Positions 9,527 to 12,712 of a stretch of DNA of 12,712 bases are shown one piece after another. The notes below the pieces were generated by a model. It worked only from the letters and a program-made list of their open reading frames with translations, was not told where the DNA came from and did not search any database. Location of the stretch: positions 1 through 12,712 of the forward strand of contig CBDFFH010000023.1 in assembly GCA_965246715.1 (NCBI GenBank), given 5' to 3'. Position numbers and translations under genes: made by a program. The DNA comes from Chamaesiphon sp. (GTDB taxonomy: Bacteria; Cyanobacteriota; Cyanobacteriia; Cyanobacteriales; Chamaesiphonaceae). The stretch's first letter is position 1. The number at the start of each line of letters is the position of its first letter.

Positions 9527-9917
9527 AAAACCTCTTAAAAATAACGATCTCGGTGGGATCGATCTCAATCGCTGGACGGTCGATCGACACGATCGCCATT
9601 ACCGCCATCGCAATATCGATCTAGATAACCTCCATCATCTGATAACTTGGGTACTTTCGGGTCGCCTTGAGCCGAATTATGTCGATCGAATTTAGCTAAA
9701 TTCTAGATCGTGGAAGTCAGTTGATTGGCTCTAATCTAATCCTCAGCAACGATTAAATCGATCTGCCGATCGAGATTTTTCGATCGCTCTATTTTTATTA
9801 AAAACTGAATATGGCCAAAGAACTCCACTGGATTTTATCGCAGTCTTGCTACGCGGCTTCCCTATAAAACCCATTTGAGATCTGTTTAGGGGAGGGTTGT
9901 TGTCGTTAAAATTTTAG

Positions 9918-10077
9918 TTCCAGATAATATCCCGATTTGGGGTGATATCCAGAAACTTTCTGGATATCATGCTAATTTAAGATGATATCCGGAAAATATC
10001 ACCGATGCATCAGGCTTTCAGCGGATATTTGTCTGGATATCAACCCTATTTTCCAGGAATAGACGGAAAGTTTCCGT
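9918..10077. repeat. Array of direct and inverted repeats of (TGATA)TCCRGAAA upstream of the attI-like site
   Basis: Perfect 13-1-13 palindrome TGATATCCAGAAA-C-TTTCTGGATATCA (9943-9969); direct copy TGATATCCGGAAA 40 bp later (9983-9995); imperfect inverted pair 9983-10000 / 10024-10042; palindrome ACGGAAA-G-TTTCCGT (10063-10077); partial copy TTCCAGATAATATCC (9918-9932). Confidence 0.9.
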
Positions 10078-10094
10078 ATAATAAATAGTTATCG
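10071..10094 (+). other. Putative integron attI-like recombination site (predicted crossover G10088/T10089)
   Basis: TTTCCGTATAATAAATA-GTTATCG: a GTT core preceded by an AT-rich spacer and an inverted TATAA half-site, with accessory repeats upstream. GTTATCG is 6/7 complementary to the inverse core GGATAAC of the downstream attC. attI sites have no strong consensus, so this is inferred from context. Confidence 0.6.
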
Positions 10095-10231
10095 CCGACA
10101 GCGTAACATATAATTTTTTAGTATATTTTAAAATCTCTAGAACGCTGCGGGATAACAAGGTCGCTGGAACCGACAACGCCTGTCGCTAACCGCACGGCGG
10201 CGCAAGACGGCATTGCGGTTCAGCTCGATCG
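10089..10231 (+). mobile_element. Putative gene-less integron cassette (143 bp)
   Basis: Bounded by two GTT cores (10088 and 10231); contains only about 60 bp of non-coding, largely AT-rich sequence plus the attC. Confidence 0.55.
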
Positions 10232-10237
10232 TTGGGC
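10150..10237 (+). mobile_element. Integron attC site (88 bp)
   Basis: R'' GGATAAC (10150-10156); L'' GCTGGAAC (10163-10170) versus L' GTTCAGC (10218-10224), with the characteristic single extra base in L''. The stem continues CG-[A]-CAACGCC-[T]-GTC pairing with GAC-GGCATTG-CG. R' GTTGGGC (10231-10237) fits GTTRRRY. The R''-L'' spacer is 6 nt rather than the usual 5. Confidence 0.8.
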
Positions 10238-10420
10238 TGCTTCAAATTTTGGCGGAGGCAGCAACCGAAAGGTTATCTGTTTGCCTCTAGCGTTAGAAAG
10301 ATTGTGTTTATAGGCAGACCCAGTTAGATTCATGAAGGAACCATGACTTACGCTGGAGGTATTGATGCCCAGTTTAGAAACCGCTTTTCGTCGGCTGAAG
10401 TCGTCGCAGGAAAAAACAAT

Positions 10421-11932
10421 ATGTGCAAACTTTGTGAAGACGGTCAGCCGCAGAATCATAGCGTGTCGCGCCGCGATTTTTTGAAGAACGCTGCGGGAGT
10501 CGGCGTTGCCGCAGTGGCGCTGGCTTCGTCGAAATCGCCGTTATTCGCGGCACCAGCGGCGACGGCAAATGCGGCTCTGCCGCGCAACAGCGGGCGCGAC
10601 GGCAAACGCTATCTGATTCGCGGCGGCGCAGTACTCAGCATGGACGCGAAAGTCGGCGATTTTGCCCGTGCCGATGTGCTGATTGAAGGCAGGAAGATTC
10701 TCGCCGTCCGTCCGAACATCAACGCCGGAAGTGCCGAAGTCATTGACGCGCGGGGACGAATCGTGATGCCCGGCTTCATAGACACCCATCACCATTTGTT
10801 TGAAACCGCGCTTCGCAGCTCGCTTTCCAACGCGCTGCTGGGCAGCGACGGCGGGCCGGACGGCAGAGTCAATTACATGGACACCGTGCTGGGAAAACTG
10901 GCTCCGGTTTATCAGCCGCAGGACGTTTATCTGTCGGAACTGCTGGGAAGTCTCAGCCAGCTCGATGCGGGCGTCACGACGGTGCACGACATCTCGCAGA
11001 TTCATCACTCGCCCCAGCACACCGACGCCGCTTTGCAGGCGCTCCGCAATTCGGGGCAGCGCGTGGCTTTTTCGTATTCCGAAAGTCGGGCCAACAAAAT
11101 GTTTCCCGCCGAACTGCGCCGCATTCAAAGTCGGCATTTCGCCTCGAAAGACCAACTGATGACGATGGTCGTGGGCGCCGAAATCTTCGGCTCCGGAGTA
11201 CTCGATACTTGGAAACTCGCGCGTCGGCAGGGTCTTCCCATCGCCACTCATGTCGTGCCGGCGATGGCGGAAGTTTTCGCCGGATTAGCTCAGGGCGGGC
11301 AACTCGGTCGAGACACGCTGCTGATTCACATGACCGGAATTGACGACGCGTCGTGGAAAATCACCGCCGATTCGGGGGCGAAAGTTTCGCTTTCGGTGCC
11401 GATTGAAATGACGATGCGTCACGGAATGCCCTCGATTCTCAAGTCGCTGTCGCTGGGCATTGCGCCTTCGCTCAGCTCGGATGTCGAATGCACCATGACG
11501 GCGGATTTCTTCACGCAAATGCGCGGAGCCTTCACGCTGCAACGCATGGTCGTCAACGAAGCCGCCATGAAAGGCGAGCCGCGTCCCGCTCTTCTCACCG
11601 CGCGCGATGTCATCGGTCTCGCCACCCGCAACGGAGCCGCAGACCTTTGGCTAAGCGACAAAATCGGCTCGCTAACGCCCGGCAAAGAAGCCGACCTTAT
11701 CCTGCTCGACGCGACCGCGCTCAACGTCGCGCCGCTCAACAATGTGCCCGGCGCGGTCGTGACTTTGATGGATCGCAGCAATGTCGAGACGGTGATCGTG
11801 GCCGGCAAAATCCGCAAGTGGAAAGGGCATCTGCTGGACGCCGATATTCCCAAGCTGACTTCAGAAATTACCGCGTCGCGCGACCGCATTTTCGCGGCAG
11901 CCAAAATTCAGCCGAATCTTTTCGGCGATTAA
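10421..11932 (+). CDS. Tat-exported metal-dependent amidohydrolase (cytosine / MTA-SAH deaminase-like subfamily)
   Basis: Start reassigned to ATG 10421 (AGGA at 10408-10411). Twin-arginine motif SRRDFLK plus hydrophobic stretch; VIDARGRIVMPGFIDTHHH (HxH), LDAGVTTV, THV, IHM, LSSDVE, KIGSLTPGKEADLILLD and NVETVIVAGK. Substrate unknown. Confidence 0.9.
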   Translation: MCKLCEDGQPQNHSVSRRDFLKNAAGVGVAAVALASSKSPLFAAPAATANAALPRNSGRDGKRYLIRGGAVLSMDAKVGDFARADVLIEGRKILAVRPNINAGSAEVIDARGRIVMPGFIDTHHHLFETALRSSLSNALLGSDGGPDGRVNYMDTVLGKLAPVYQPQDVYLSELLGSLSQLDAGVTTVHDISQIHHSPQHTDAALQALRNSGQRVAFSYSESRANKMFPAELRRIQSRHFASKDQLMTMVVGAEIFGSGVLDTWKLARRQGLPIATHVVPAMAEVFAGLAQGGQLGRDTLLIHMTGIDDASWKITADSGAKVSLSVPIEMTMRHGMPSILKSLSLGIAPSLSSDVECTMTADFFTQMRGAFTLQRMVVNEAAMKGEPRPALLTARDVIGLATRNGAADLWLSDKIGSLTPGKEADLILLDATALNVAPLNNVPGAVVTLMDRSNVETVIVAGKIRKWKGHLLDADIPKLTSEITASRDRIFAAAKIQPNLFGD

Positions 11933-11965
11933 AACCCGTTTCTCCCACCAAGAAAAGGACATCAT

Positions 11966-12712
11966 ATGAACATTTCCCGAACCTGTCGTTCCAGCGTCAA
12001 ATACTACGCAGCGCGAGTACTCGCAGCCGCGCTGCTGTTGCAAAGTACTTTGATCTCGCTGCGCGCCAATGCTCAATTACCGGTGCCGCCGCCCCTCGTC
12101 ATCGAAGGCGGAACGCTGATTGACGGCAATGGCGGCGCGCCCATCCCGAACTCCGTGATTGTGATTCGCGGCAACAAAATCGAATCGGTTTCGCAAAAAG
12201 GGCGATCTGCGATTCCCGCAGGCGCGACCGTGATTAACGCCGACGGCAAATTCATTCTGCCCGGCCTGATTGACGCGCATCTTCACTATTCCGGCTTTCT
12301 CGCCGAATTGCTTTTAGCGCACGGCGTGACCACAGCCTTCGACATCGCCGGTCGCAATCTTTATCAGGTGGTGCAGCGCGACGCAATTGCAAAAGGTCGT
12401 TTGACCGGCCCGCGCTTGTTCGTGCCGGTGGACAGCGTTCTCGCGCCGACTCAGCCCGGAAGAGTCGCTTTTGCGCGTGAAGGCCCGCGCGGAATGCTAT
12501 CAACCGAGCAAGCGACGAGCATCGCGCGCGGCGCGATTGCCGACGGCGCGGACTACATCAACATCCGGCGCGGACTGACCAACGAGGCTTTCAAAGCCGT
12601 CGTTGACCTGGCCCACAAATCCGGCAAAGCCGTTATCGCGCAGCCGATTGGCCCCACCGTTTACGCGCGCGAAGCGGTGCTGGCGGGCGCGGATATTCTC
12701 GAACATTCGGCG
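11966..12712 (+). CDS. Second exported amidohydrolase-family protein (imidazolonepropionase-like N-terminus), truncated by the window edge; absent from the ORF track
   Basis: Translated by hand: RBS AAGGAC, then MNISRTCRSSVKYYAARVLAAALLLQSTLISLRANA-Q signal, LVIEGGTLIDGNGGAPIPNSVIVIRGNKI, VINADGKFILPGLIDAHLH (HxH) and LLLAHGVTTAFD. Starts 33 bp after the previous gene. Confidence 0.9.
   Translation, partial: MNISRTCRSSVKYYAARVLAAALLLQSTLISLRANAQLPVPPPLVIEGGTLIDGNGGAPIPNSVIVIRGNKIESVSQKGRSAIPAGATVINADGKFILPGLIDAHLHYSGFLAELLLAHGVTTAFDIAGRNLYQVVQRDAIAKGRLTGPRLFVPVDSVLAPTQPGRVAFAREGPRGMLSTEQATSIARGAIADGADYINIRRGLTNEAFKAVVDLAHKSGKAVIAQPIGPTVYAREAVLAGADILEHSA

Noticed and set aside
24..9695. Short antisense or overlapping ORFs in the cyanobacterial part (for example 24-305, 3112-3393, 4013-4399, 8321-8623, 9372-9695)
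   Set aside because: They overlap well-supported genes and show no family motifs.
9530..9900. Remnant of intI upstream of the attI-like site
   Set aside because: Only short ORFs; the minus-strand ORF I translated from ATG 9874 (MGFIGKPRSK...) shows no IntI-like sequence. A degraded remnant cannot be excluded without a search.
9918..10077. Possible CRISPR array
   Set aside because: Repeats are about 13 bp, occur in both orientations and lack regular unique spacers; no cas genes in the window.
10071..10099. Possible Xer dif site (TTTCCGTATAA resembles a XerC arm)
   Set aside because: The right arm does not match the XerD arm TTATGTTAAAT beyond TTAT and the spacing is off; complementarity with the attC inverse core explains it better as attI-like.
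10343..10420. ORF-track start of the first amidohydrolase at 10343
   Set aside because: It would place the Tat motif far from the N-terminus and span the compositional boundary; ATG 10421 has its own RBS.
10139..10498. 14-bp direct repeat AGAACGCTGCGGGA at 10139-10152 and 10485-10498
   Set aside because: The second copy lies inside an intact signal-peptide coding region, and one 14-mer match in 12.7 kb is plausible by chance; not a credible target-site duplication.
10374..12706. Many overlapping alternative-frame and antisense ORFs (for example 10541-11251, 11419-11904, 11488-12123)
   Set aside because: Shadow ORFs expected in high-GC coding DNA; they overlap two clear amidohydrolase genes and have no recognisable motifs.

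Overview
The window has two compositionally different parts. Positions 1 to about 10100 are cyanobacterial chromosome, moderate GC and saturated with CGATCG (HIP1-core) palindromes, often as TCGATCGA, which suggests a Chamaesiphon-like host (inference). This part carries a general-stress protein and BON lipoprotein pair, a small Cys-rich zinc-ribbon protein, an AT-rich two-gene unit (membrane protein plus SPFH/band-7 lipoprotein), a probable outer-membrane beta-barrel protein, cysE, a secreted FAD-dependent oxidoreductase, clpS and glgC. From about 10400 to the end the DNA is about 60% GC by eye-sampling, lacks CGATCG, and encodes two tandem exported amidohydrolase-superfamily proteins; the second is missing from the ORF track because it runs off the window. 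At the junction lies an integron-like recombination platform with no adjacent integrase: a palindrome/iteron array (9918-10077), an attI-like site (10071-10094), a 143-bp gene-less cassette and a well-formed attC hairpin (10150-10237). The high-GC block is either acquired DNA or an assembly chimera; the sequence alone cannot decide this.
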